Origin: an uncultured euryarchaeote
GTDB taxonomy: Archaea; Thermoplasmatota; Poseidoniia; Poseidoniales; Poseidoniaceae
NCBI GenBank assembly: GCA_964001175.1
Contig: CAXFAS010000003.1
Span: 46,335-110,334, forward strand
Length of the DNA: 64,000 nucleotides
Reading direction: 5' to 3'
This document shows, one piece after another, positions 8,753 through 22,838 of the stretch (positions within the stretch are counted from its first letter, which is position 1; every line of letters begins with the position of its first letter). The notes under the pieces were generated by a model that made no database searches, was not told the DNA's origin, and saw only the letters and a program-made list of their open reading frames with translations. A program made the position numbers and the translations under genes.

Positions 8753-11382
8753 TCATCCGATACTTTTTCATCATTAAGTGGAATATCATCATCTCGCACT
8801 TTTTGGGTAAATTGAATCTTGGTATTGCTTTTTTGTTTAGATACTACGTTTTCAACCTCGCCAAGTATTTTATCTAATAATATAGGCCCCCAACCTCGTA
8901 AATTCAATAACTTATTCCTAATTTTAGAGTTCATTGACATCACCTGATTTGGAGTTCTTATTCCAAGAGTGGCCATTTCTCTAGCCCTTGAACGTCCTAT
9001 GTTTCTAATATTTACTAAGGTTAGAAGATCTTCTTTACAACCATGTCTTGTTCTTTGTCTCAGAATATCTATTTTTTTTACAAGTTCAGAAATTTCAGCC
9101 ATATGCTCATTAGAGAATACATCATCAGCAAGAAGAATTTCCTTGGAACCTAGTAGAAGCCAAGTCGCTAAGTCAACTCTATAATTTAAATCACCAGGAC
9201 TGACATCTAAACTTTTCTCTATAGAACGCATGCTTTCTTCGTTATTCCATTTTTCTATTAACCAAGCAGATTTTACATTTCCCAATAGCATTTCATCATA
9301 AGAGGAATCTGCAAGTAATTGTTCTTCTACGGAATTCGTTTTAAGCCAAAGTTCAGAATTTATCTCCATATCTTTGTTTTTAGCCCATAGAGATGAAAAG
9401 TCTGGAGTAGTAGTGATTAAATGTAATAATCCAAAATTAGTAACTATTGAATCTTTACGAACCTCTCGTCTAACAGCCCTCCTCAATCCAACCCTCAATA
9501 TTGAGGCTGAAAGTGGATCTAAGTATAATTGAGTCACTCTATCACCGATAATGGTAGATTCATATTTCATGGCTGAAAATTCATTCCTTTCATCTGAGTG
9601 CCAAGCACCAATATGAGTTAATTCTGTAGCCTTTTGGAATCCAAAGCTTGGCTCATTATAGGCTGAAGAGTTGTTTGTAGAATTAACTTCTCGAGTTGTC
9701 TTTGATAATTCTACTCCTGTCGTAGTATGAGCAATAGTAGCCCATGCAGGCATATTATCATCCCATTCATCAGATAAATCTAATTCTTTATCTGCCCTTT
9801 TTTCTGCATACGATTCGTCAACACCTAATTTTCTAATAAATCTCTCTTCGACTAGCCATTGTAACATTTCATCTATTCTTTCATTAAGAATATTTTTTGA
9901 TACACTATGCCCTAAAAATGTAGATTCAAAAAAATCTCCAATATCTCCTCTATGTTGTAGACCTCCAGTGGAAATTATCGAAAGTAAATGTGTCCTAAGT
10001 GCTGGCTCACTAGCTAATTTTGAGGAAATGGATTCTATTTCTCCAAAGAAATATCTTTCACTGACATCATCAGCTATTTCCCAACCATCGGTGCCTTTAC
10101 ACAAAATCCATGCTTCCCCATAATCATCATACTTTGGACGTCCTGCCCTTCCAAGCATCTGTCTAACTTCCATAACTGGAAGTGGGCGATTCATTCCATC
10201 ATCCCATCTTTTAACGTCTCTAACCAATACTCTTCTTGCAGGAAGATTAACTCCAGCAGCAAGAGTAGGAGTTGCTGATAATGCAATTAATAATCCACTT
10301 TTGAATGCATTTTCAATCGATTTGCGTTGTGTATGGGTCAATCCAGCATGATGAAATGCAACTCCTCCAACTATGCATTGGGATAATTTTTCGCCCATTG
10401 CTGTTTGGGATCTTCCTTCTAAAGTGTGAGAAAGTTCATTTAATTTTTTTAATCTCTCGGGATTTTCTTTTTCTAAAACTTTGAAAACTCGTTTTGATAA
10501 TTTCAAAGCCTCGGACTCAGCGCTTCTTCTAGTGCCAACGAAAATCAATAGTTGGCCTTCTTGATCGATTGTGTCTTTAAGCACTACCCATGTTGGATGG
10601 GTTTTTGGACCTTCTAAATCTCTTGGGGGATTTAGTAACTCAGGGGATTTAGATACTTGTGATGATTGTACCATCCTAGGCTCCAAATGTAGGTCGTGAA
10701 ATGTGCTATATTCTAATGCGACTGGGCGCCAGTCTGACTGAATTAAATCGGCATCTAACCATTCAGCAAGTTCTTGACAATTCCCAACCGTTGCTGAAAG
10801 TGCTACTAATTGAGCGTCAGGCCTCAAGAATCTTAGTTTAGTCAAATTTATTTCTAAAGTGGGCCCTCTAGTGGAATCGTTCATTAAATGAAATTCATCA
10901 GCCACGACGATAGAGACTCTAGACATCGTTTGAGAATTATTTCTAATTATTGAATCTAATTTTTCAGAAGTACAGACTAAAATATCGCATTCCTCAATTT
11001 TTTTTGCTTCTGAAGATGAATCACCAATCCCCAAACCTACTGTTAGATTTACTGCGCTTGCCATTGACTTTAAATCATCAAATTTTTCACTCGCTAAAGC
11101 CTTTAGTGGAACGATATAAACTGCCTTAGTACCAATTTCATCAACTAATAATTTCTTCATTATGGCCAAATAAGCTACCAAGGATTTACCAGATGCAGTA
11201 GGAATTGCAAGAAGAATATTTTTTCCACTAAACACTGAAGGCATCGCTTGTAATTGAGGAGGATGTAATTTCTCTATGCCCCAACTTTTAGACATAAAAT
11301 CGATTACCTTTGATGGCAATTCCAAGTTCGAGATATGCTCTTTCTCGGCCGCCATGATACCACTGTCGCGCCAACAGTCCAA
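8749..11382 (-). CDS. hel308: Hel308/Ski2-like DNA helicase
   Basis: DEAD/DEAH helicase motifs (AIPTASGKS, DEFH, SATPTLAAGVNLPARRVLV), a C-terminal helix-hairpin-helix domain, and an internal insertion of about 100 aa. Confidence 0.8.
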   Translation of the reverse strand: MDCWRDSGIMAAEKEHISNLELPSKVIDFMSKSWGIEKLHPPQLQAMPSVFSGKNILLAIPTASGKSLVAYLAIMKKLLVDEIGTKAVYIVPLKALASEKFDDLKSMASAVNLTVGLGIGDSSSEAKKIEECDILVCTSEKLDSIIRNNSQTMSRVSIVVADEFHLMNDSTRGPTLEINLTKLRFLRPDAQLVALSATVGNCQELAEWLDADLIQSDWRPVALEYSTFHDLHLEPRMVQSSQVSKSPELLNPPRDLEGPKTHPTWVVLKDTIDQEGQLLIFVGTRRSAESEALKLSKRVFKVLEKENPERLKKLNELSHTLEGRSQTAMGEKLSQCIVGGVAFHHAGLTHTQRKSIENAFKSGLLIALSATPTLAAGVNLPARRVLVRDVKRWDDGMNRPLPVMEVRQMLGRAGRPKYDDYGEAWILCKGTDGWEIADDVSERYFFGEIESISSKLASEPALRTHLLSIISTGGLQHRGDIGDFFESTFLGHSVSKNILNERIDEMLQWLVEERFIRKLGVDESYAEKRADKELDLSDEWDDNMPAWATIAHTTTGVELSKTTREVNSTNNSSAYNEPSFGFQKATELTHIGAWHSDERNEFSAMKYESTIIGDRVTQLYLDPLSASILRVGLRRAVRREVRKDSIVTNFGLLHLITTTPDFSSLWAKNKDMEINSELWLKTNSVEEQLLADSSYDEMLLGNVKSAWLIEKWNNEESMRSIEKSLDVSPGDLNYRVDLATWLLLGSKEILLADDVFSNEHMAEISELVKKIDILRQRTRHGCKEDLLTLVNIRNIGRSRAREMATLGIRTPNQVMSMNSKIRNKLLNLRGWGPILLDKILGEVENVVSKQKSNTKIQFTQKVRDDDIPLNDEKVSDD

Positions 11383-11447
11383 AAGGACAACGCTTCACCG
11401 AGTGATTCCGACACGCATAAGACCCCTCTGCTACTGTCCTATCAACA

Positions 11448-12073
11448 TGAGCGATGAAATGGACTCTATTATCGAAGACAGACTTTCAGTTTTTGACGAT
11501 GAACCTGACCTAAATGATTGGGTTGAAGTGATGTGCGGAGCCGCAATGGCTGTAATTGGTATTTTTCATTTAGTTCAACCAGGTGAACTCGTTGATCCAG
11601 ATATTATGCGATGGTTTGCTGCAGCAGTAGTAGCTGCTGGTGCTGTATGGGCTGGACATGGTTTGAAAGATATGGCTGTAAAAGAAGTTAGACGATCTAT
11701 TGCAATTCTTGAATTATCTGAAATGTCTTCCTCTGACGGGCCAAATCATGGCCTCATTAGGGATGTTTTACTTAATCCTGAAGAATACAAAAGTTTCCTA
11801 TTAGAGGCATATAACTCTGCTTGGGAAGATGGAATAATTACAGAACAAGAATTAGAGGAATTAAAGTCATTTCAAACGGCTCTAGGAATCTCTGATGAAG
11901 ATGCAGCAAAGATGAACATAGAAGCAGCTATTACTTCCGCTGCTAAAGATGGAGATATTTCTGAAGAAGAAGAATCGATCATTAAGAAAATCGCAGAAGA
12001 CGCTGATATGGATGCTGAAAGCAAGGTTAAGGAAGCAAAATCAAAGGCTAAAAGTAAGTCTAAAAAGAAGTGA
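11448..12073 (+). CDS. Hypothetical membrane protein with acidic repeats and a lysine-rich tail
   Basis: Start moved to MSDEMDS to avoid overlapping hel308. Two hydrophobic helices, then repeats (GIITEQELEELK / GDISEEEESIIKK, DjlA/TerB-like) and a KSKAKSKSKKK tail. Confidence 0.4.
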
Positions 12074-12622
12074 TTAGACTTTTCTATCTTTCAAAACAAT
12101 ATTGCATTCGCGGCATTTATACTTGCCTTTAGATGGTTTCTTTCTCGGGAAATCTTTACCGCATTTAGTACAGTTCCATATCCATTTTGCATTCTTAAAT
12201 CGTAAAAACTCTGTAAATTCACTCCCATGTTTAGATGCTCTATTGCCAGGCCATTCATTCTCCAAGAATCTAAATTTAGAATTATGTTCTCTAAAACCTA
12301 GTGCGTGAATGTATTCATGATGCAAAACAAAAGCAGCATAAGCATTCCATCTTTCCTCTAATAACTCTGGATGAATATCTATTACTTCTACATCTTGTGG
12401 ATTTAGATCAGATATATCTGAACCAATTTTCCACCTGGTCACACCATGCCTCTGTGTAGCATTTTTTCTTAAAACACCTAACTTTATTTGCTTCAAAACC
12501 TGAGTGTTAGTTTTATTCCAAACTTCCATGTCCAGCATCAAATCTAAAACTATACTTCTTAATTTATCTAATTTAACTATTTGTTGATGATTAGGATTGA
12601 CCATTAATCTAATCAACTCCAT
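12074..12622 (-). CDS. SprT/Wss1-like zinc metalloprotease with C-terminal zinc ribbon
   Basis: HExxH motif (HHEYIHALG) plus a C-terminal CxxC...CxxC ribbon (CTKCGKD...CRECN). Confidence 0.5.
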   Translation of the reverse strand: MELIRLMVNPNHQQIVKLDKLRSIVLDLMLDMEVWNKTNTQVLKQIKLGVLRKNATQRHGVTRWKIGSDISDLNPQDVEVIDIHPELLEERWNAYAAFVLHHEYIHALGFREHNSKFRFLENEWPGNRASKHGSEFTEFLRFKNAKWIWNCTKCGKDFPRKKPSKGKYKCRECNIVLKDRKV

Positions 12623-13215
12623 CTATGATAAGCAGGATGTCCCTCTTTAACCGCCACAAATAACCCACTTCCGGTTGCACAAACCTTACCTTCTGCTTCC
12701 AATAAAAGTTCGACTTCCACTTTATTTCCTTCAATTGATTTGACTTGGCTAGTGACGCATAGGATAGTATCAGTAGGAGTTGGGCGTCTAAGTTTTACAG
12801 AATAAGATGCTGTGACCGTACAAGGTGGTTGTTCGTCACCACTCTGATCCATGAGAGCAATTGCTGCAGTCCAATTTCCATGACAATCTAGTAATGTTCC
12901 AATGATTCCGCCATTTATCATTCCAGGAAATGCTTGATGGTGTTCTTCTGGCTTGTATTCTAGGTACAATCCATTTTCTATCCTAGTACTATTGATACGT
13001 AGACCTTCTTTATTTGCTGGCCCACACCCAAAGCAAATTGAATTTGCTGCATACTTTTGTTGAACCCCTAGTTCATCCATAAATAAGCGTAGATTAGTCC
13101 GTCTTTGTTTGTTTGTATAGATTGTTTCAATCGCATTGTTCTTGATGAATGAATTATTCGCACGTACATGGGTGGCAAGAAACGTACTGACAAGACGAAG
13201 GTTCGTGTTGCTCAT
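12613..13215 (-). CDS. Hotdog-fold thioesterase (PaaI/YbgC-like)
   Basis: GMINGGIIGTLLDCHGNWTAAIAL matches the hotdog thioesterase core. Confidence 0.5.
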   Translation of the reverse strand: MSNTNLRLVSTFLATHVRANNSFIKNNAIETIYTNKQRRTNLRLFMDELGVQQKYAANSICFGCGPANKEGLRINSTRIENGLYLEYKPEEHHQAFPGMINGGIIGTLLDCHGNWTAAIALMDQSGDEQPPCTVTASYSVKLRRPTPTDTILCVTSQVKSIEGNKVEVELLLEAEGKVCATGSGLFVAVKEGHPAYHRWS

Positions 13216-14493
13216 GAATTGCCTAAAAGAAGAAGAATTGCAATTAAAGAAGCATTAGAAGCTCACCAAACAGAGGATAGGCCTGAATGGGATAGAGCGG
13301 CAGAATGGGGCAATATTCGTTTGTATCGGAAAATAATCAAACCAGGAACAATAAGAACAATTTCTTTACCATTATTGGAAGTTGATTTAGGAGACCCATG
13401 GCCAATTCCAGTTACAGTAATACATGGCGAAAGGCCTGGTCCTACAATAACAATTCTTGGAGGTATTCATGGAGATGAACTTACTGGTCCTTCAGCATGT
13501 ACTCATTTGTTATCTAATGCTTTTACAGACATTGGTAATCCCTTGGATCCAAAACAGATGGCTGGGACATTAAGAATTGTCCCTGTTGTAAATCTTCCAG
13601 GTTACAGAGCCAAGTCTAGATATTTCCCTGATGGTAGAGATTTAAATAGAAATTTCCCAGGTAATTTCAAAACAACTACTACACGAAGAGTTGCTGCTCA
13701 AGTATGGAAGTACTTACTTAAAGATAGTGACGCAATTATAGACTTACATAGTGCTGCCAAAGGTCGTTCAAATATGCCTCAATTAAGGGCTGATTTAGCT
13801 CATGCAGGTTCCAATATACTTGCTAAAGCATTTGGCATTGAAATTATTTTAGATTCGAAGCCACCGTCTGGATCTCTTAGAAAAGCGGCTGTTGAAAATG
13901 ACATCCCATCTATCACATATGAAGGAGGAGGGGCAAATTTACTGGATAATGAATCTGTAAAAGTTGCTATTCATGGCGTAACTAATATCCTAAGGTCATT
14001 AAGAATGATACCCGGTAAGCCCAATAGGCCAAGGTTCCGTATGTTGGCTAGCGGTTCTCGATGGTTGAGGGCTAGTGAAGGAGGACTGTTGGATATGTTT
14101 GTTACTTCAGGTTCCGTAATGCGAGAAGGAGAAGTTATTGCAACTATTTCAGACCCTGCAACACCTGGGTTAACAGTTGATATTGTGGCGCCAGAAGATG
14201 GTTTACTGGTTGGTGCAGCTACTAATCCATTTACAGCCAGTGGAATGCCGGTAGGGCATTTCCTACCAGTTTCGAAGCATATTTCTTTGCTAGAAGAACA
14301 AATTGATGATAATGGTAAATTCATTGTTTGTGGCTCTGAAGAAGATGCTATCTGGAGAGAAGAGCAGGATATTGACGAAGTTAATGTCGATGGTGAATGG
14401 AGTGGTGATGGAATTGATGGTGAATGGATGTCTGGAAAATCTAATCAACAAAAATCAAACTCATTCTCAGATTATGAAGAAGCAGATGCTTAA
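13168..14493 (+). CDS. Succinylglutamate desuccinylase / aspartoacylase (AstE/AspA) family zinc hydrolase
   Basis: VIHGERPGPTITILGGIHGDELTGP matches the AstE_AspA N-terminal zinc-binding motif. The C-terminal tail is acidic. Confidence 0.6.
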   Translation: MGGKKRTDKTKVRVAHELPKRRRIAIKEALEAHQTEDRPEWDRAAEWGNIRLYRKIIKPGTIRTISLPLLEVDLGDPWPIPVTVIHGERPGPTITILGGIHGDELTGPSACTHLLSNAFTDIGNPLDPKQMAGTLRIVPVVNLPGYRAKSRYFPDGRDLNRNFPGNFKTTTTRRVAAQVWKYLLKDSDAIIDLHSAAKGRSNMPQLRADLAHAGSNILAKAFGIEIILDSKPPSGSLRKAAVENDIPSITYEGGGANLLDNESVKVAIHGVTNILRSLRMIPGKPNRPRFRMLASGSRWLRASEGGLLDMFVTSGSVMREGEVIATISDPATPGLTVDIVAPEDGLLVGAATNPFTASGMPVGHFLPVSKHISLLEEQIDDNGKFIVCGSEEDAIWREEQDIDEVNVDGEWSGDGIDGEWMSGKSNQQKSNSFSDYEEADA

Positions 14494-15743
14494 TTCAAAA
14501 ATTGCTTTACTGCTGCTTCAACCTCTGAGTCTTCCATATTTCTTCTTTGACTTTTTGCAACTTCAAATAGATGAGCAACTAAATCATCTGTAACCTCATA
14601 ACCATTCTGTTCAAGCCACCAAATTATATTTGAGCGCCCTGCCATATGACCGATTCGGATAACTTGTTTTAGTCCAAAGTCACCAGCAGGGACTCCAGAG
14701 TAGACTCTATCTGCTAGCCAATTATCTCCTTTACGCATAGCCTTTATCACTGCTGAAGCATGAACTCCAGTACCAGTTTCAAATGCGTCTTCACCAAAAA
14801 CAGGATAGTTTCTAGGTAGTGGGACTTCAATATACTTATTTGCCAACCTAGTGTATTCATCTAGGTGGGTCAAATCATTGTCAATTACTCCCATCAATTT
14901 CAAATTGACTAATGTTTGGTCAAGAGGGGCATTACCAGCCCTTTCCCCAACGCCAAGTGCTGTACCATGTACTACATCCGCACCTGCTTCAACCGCAGCA
15001 ATATTATTTGCAACTCCTAAACCTCTATCTTGATGACCATGCCAGTTTACTTCTATATCGCTACGATGGTACCCCCCATCTTTGATAACTTCTTCATCAA
15101 TGAAATTAAGTAATTTCTTTACTCCATTAGGGGTAACATGCCCGCAAGTATCACAAACGCATAATCTTCTGACCCCTAATTCCATGGCTCTTTGATAAAT
15201 TTTCTTTACATCATCAGGATTAGATCTAGTTGTGTCTTCTGTAACAAACATAACCGGCACATCATTTTCTACGGCATAACTAACTGCTTTTTCCATTGTA
15301 GAAATTAGTTTGTCCATAGTCCATCCTTCGGTGTATTGTCTAATTGGGCTAGTACCCAAAAAGGCTGAAGCCTGTATAGGAATTCCATGTTTATTCTGCA
15401 TTTCAACCAGAGGTTCGATGTCATTCATCAAGGTTCTAACTGCAGCACCTGGTCTAATTTGATAATCATTGGAAGTTATGTGGGAGATCAGAGCATCAAT
15501 GTGCTCACGATGAAATGGTCCTGCTCCAGGTAGTCCAAGATCTACTTTTTGAATTCCCAGTTTTTCCATGTAAGATAATAATTCAATTTTTTCCTCGATT
15601 GACGGATTTCTTGCGCTAGGACTTTGTAATCCATCTCTTAGAGTCTCATCATCAAACCAAACACCGTGAGGATGATTAGAAGGGTTTCTATTGAAATCAT
15701 AGTCTATAGTATTCCAATCATAAATCAATGAACGCTCATCCAT
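14490..15743 (-). CDS. HMGL-like (pyruvate carboxyltransferase) family enzyme; 2-isopropylmalate / homocitrate / citramalate synthase-like
   Basis: DETLRDGLQS near the N-terminus and a TIM-barrel aldolase-like core (HGHQDRGLGVAN). Confidence 0.55.
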   Translation of the reverse strand: MDERSLIYDWNTIDYDFNRNPSNHPHGVWFDDETLRDGLQSPSARNPSIEEKIELLSYMEKLGIQKVDLGLPGAGPFHREHIDALISHITSNDYQIRPGAAVRTLMNDIEPLVEMQNKHGIPIQASAFLGTSPIRQYTEGWTMDKLISTMEKAVSYAVENDVPVMFVTEDTTRSNPDDVKKIYQRAMELGVRRLCVCDTCGHVTPNGVKKLLNFIDEEVIKDGGYHRSDIEVNWHGHQDRGLGVANNIAAVEAGADVVHGTALGVGERAGNAPLDQTLVNLKLMGVIDNDLTHLDEYTRLANKYIEVPLPRNYPVFGEDAFETGTGVHASAVIKAMRKGDNWLADRVYSGVPAGDFGLKQVIRIGHMAGRSNIIWWLEQNGYEVTDDLVAHLFEVAKSQRRNMEDSEVEAAVKQFLN

Positions 15744-15823
15744 AAAATCAACTCATTAGCCAAAAAACACTCCGGCCTAAGCCGTGACAAACTGTAATCA
15801 TGTTTCAAGTCGTCGATTTTAAA

Positions 15824-20558
<4,735 letters not shown>

Positions 20559-20671
20559 TTAAATTCTATAATCACTGAATTTAATTTTGAAGGGGGTTTT
20601 TTTCACTACAAAACGTATCTTTTCCATCATGGAATTTTGCCGCAATGCATTGATTACTCGTCCTCAACTCC

Positions 20672-20712
20672 CCTACCATTGTTAACCACCATTGAAGGTG
20701 TTTAAAGGTAGT
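20672..20712. promoter_or_regulatory. Imperfect nested inverted repeat in the 307-bp gyrB/aroD divergent intergenic region
   Basis: Outer stem CTACC (20673-20677) with GGTAG (20708-20712). Inner stem TTAACCACC with GGTGTTTAA (one mismatch). Direct repeat ACCATTG twice. Confidence 0.3.
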
Positions 20713-20847
20713 GGAAAACATAGCAAAAATATGTTCAATTTACTAGTTATTTCTGCTTTTCAACATTACTAAAATCACTTGTTTTCTATTTGTATAGATA
20801 CTCCTCTCAAGCGTGAGCGTTAATAACACCCCCTAATTGGACCAATT

Positions 20848-21645
20848 ATGGCTGAGCCGAAAGTGTGCGTATCTTTAGAAGGTATTACAGTAGATGAAAT
20901 GATTGATGAAGCAAATAGAGCAAATATTGCTGGTGCTGATTATGTCGAAGTTCGATTTGACAAACTATACTTAATCAAACCCGAACCAACCGTTTCAGAA
21001 AATGAAGATGGAGAAAAAATTAGTAAAATGCCACCTGAAACTGAATGGACTGTGAAAGACTTCGAAGAAATCGATATCGAAGAATCTATTTCTGCACTCA
21101 AAGAGGCAATCCCTGTTCCTGTAATTTTTACTGTTCGACCAGTTAGAGAAGGAGGCTTTTTCGCTGGAAATGAAAAGCAAAGGCTTGATGTATTGAGTAA
21201 AGCGATTAAATCAGAGGTCAGTTTTGTTGATTTAGAACTTTCAATTGAAGAAAAAGACAGAAAGAAACTTCATTCCAGTGCATCAGATTCTGGATGTCAA
21301 GTAATCGCATCTTATCACGACTCTAGTGCCACTCCTAGTGCGAACGAAATTATAGAACTAGTCCGATCGAATTACGATAAAGGAGATATAATCAAATTCT
21401 GCTCCTCAATATCAAATCACCAAGACTCTCTTCAAATAATCGAAGCGGCCCACACACTGTCTAATGATGAAGAACCTCATAGCTTGATGGGATTAGGAAA
21501 TGGTGGCGATTGGGTTAGATTACACGCCCCAATTCTAGGCCAAAGTTTAGTTTACGCAACTATGCTTAATCATTTCAGGTTATCAGATAGAGGATTGATT
21601 AATGTCAGAGATTTGAGAGATGCTTGGGCATTATTGGAATATTGA
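20848..21645 (+). CDS. aroD: 3-dehydroquinate dehydratase, type I
   Basis: VCVSLEGITVDEMIDEANRANIAGADYVEVRFD matches the type I DHQase N-terminus. Confidence 0.65.
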   Translation: MAEPKVCVSLEGITVDEMIDEANRANIAGADYVEVRFDKLYLIKPEPTVSENEDGEKISKMPPETEWTVKDFEEIDIEESISALKEAIPVPVIFTVRPVREGGFFAGNEKQRLDVLSKAIKSEVSFVDLELSIEEKDRKKLHSSASDSGCQVIASYHDSSATPSANEIIELVRSNYDKGDIIKFCSSISNHQDSLQIIEAAHTLSNDEEPHSLMGLGNGGDWVRLHAPILGQSLVYATMLNHFRLSDRGLINVRDLRDAWALLEY

Positions 21646-21697
21646 ATCCAAATCTAGACATTTGACCCTGTAACAGAATGAATAGTACTTATTCGTA

Positions 21698-22789
21698 TTA
21701 TTCGCCATTGTTATTGCTTTTGATAATATTACTGTCGGCAATATTTACTCCGTCTGGAGGAGGTAATTCAGCTGCGGTGTTGAGAGATGGAACAATGCCA
21801 GTAGATTGTTGTTCAGCCTGTAGCCCAGCTCGCATGTATCTTGCGTTTAGTATAAAAGGAAATATTGCAAAGCCGATAATCAAAACCAAGAATACCAAAG
21901 AAACGGTGAAATTAGGAAGTATCAACGTTCTTTCTGTAGTAATTATCGTAATATCAGCAGCAGTAATTGTTTCAGGAGGTTGCGCATCATTGTCATGGAC
22001 ATTGTCCCATGTATCAACTACGATGTAGAAATCTTGCCAATCTTGATTCCCAAACAAACCAGAATATACTTCTGGGCCGTCAAGACTCAAAGCAAAATTA
22101 ACTTCATCAACATTCTCATATTGATGGGCGTCTCTAAAAGATTTCCAACCTAAGAAATTAAAACTCCTCCATTCAGGCGGAATATCACTTAATGATTCTT
22201 CAGCATCAGAATACCAACGATTATTTGAATGAGAAGAAAAGTAACTTTCCTCATACTTGGTATATTCACTAGAAGTGAGTAAATAAATATCGGCATTAAC
22301 ATTCGAACCATTTACTTGATCAAAGTCTTGGAGTGTGATGCAAATTGTTGTTCTGTGATTTGCTGAAAGGTTAACTTTCAACGCACCAACACTATCATTG
22401 CCAATTAAAAGAGTCGCATGATGATTAGAAACAAAAGGGTCTAAAGTCAAATCTTCTTGTTCCCAAGGAGCATAATACATCCATTCCGGTTCTGGACTCA
22501 ATGACATATCGATAGAATCTTCTTGACCATTTGAAGCATCATTACCACCTCTATCTTTACCATTTCCTGGGCCTTCGTCAAAAATATCCCACCAACTTTC
22601 ATATGGATTAAAATGGGGCACCATTGCAATTCTCTGTAATGATTGGTTCCAACTTACTGGTTCTATATCTCCTTCGCAGGCATCTGCTGCAGAAGCATTA
22701 TTGATAATAGAAACAGGATTATTAGCTGCAGGGACAATGAGAGGTAAAAGGAACATTACAAGAATGAGTAAAACGATTTTTGGCCTCAT
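21698..22789 (-). CDS. Secreted, C-terminally membrane-anchored hypothetical protein
   Basis: N-terminal signal peptide, an Asn/Trp-rich ectodomain and a C-terminal TM helix. Confidence 0.45.
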   Translation of the reverse strand: MRPKIVLLILVMFLLPLIVPAANNPVSIINNASAADACEGDIEPVSWNQSLQRIAMVPHFNPYESWWDIFDEGPGNGKDRGGNDASNGQEDSIDMSLSPEPEWMYYAPWEQEDLTLDPFVSNHHATLLIGNDSVGALKVNLSANHRTTICITLQDFDQVNGSNVNADIYLLTSSEYTKYEESYFSSHSNNRWYSDAEESLSDIPPEWRSFNFLGWKSFRDAHQYENVDEVNFALSLDGPEVYSGLFGNQDWQDFYIVVDTWDNVHDNDAQPPETITAADITIITTERTLILPNFTVSLVFLVLIIGFAIFPFILNARYMRAGLQAEQQSTGIVPSLNTAAELPPPDGVNIADSNIIKSNNNGE

Positions 22790-22838
22790 TCAATCTCCTC
22801 ATTATGGCTCATTAGTTGACAGTTCAAGATACTAACGA

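Noticed and set aside
11383-11447. A GC-rich 65-bp spacer between divergent hel308 and the downstream membrane-protein gene, as a possible ncRNA.
   Set aside because: Too short and without a clear stem-loop. Most likely just the divergent promoter region. The neighbouring plus-strand ORF's annotated start at 11276 overlaps hel308, so I moved it to 11448 instead.
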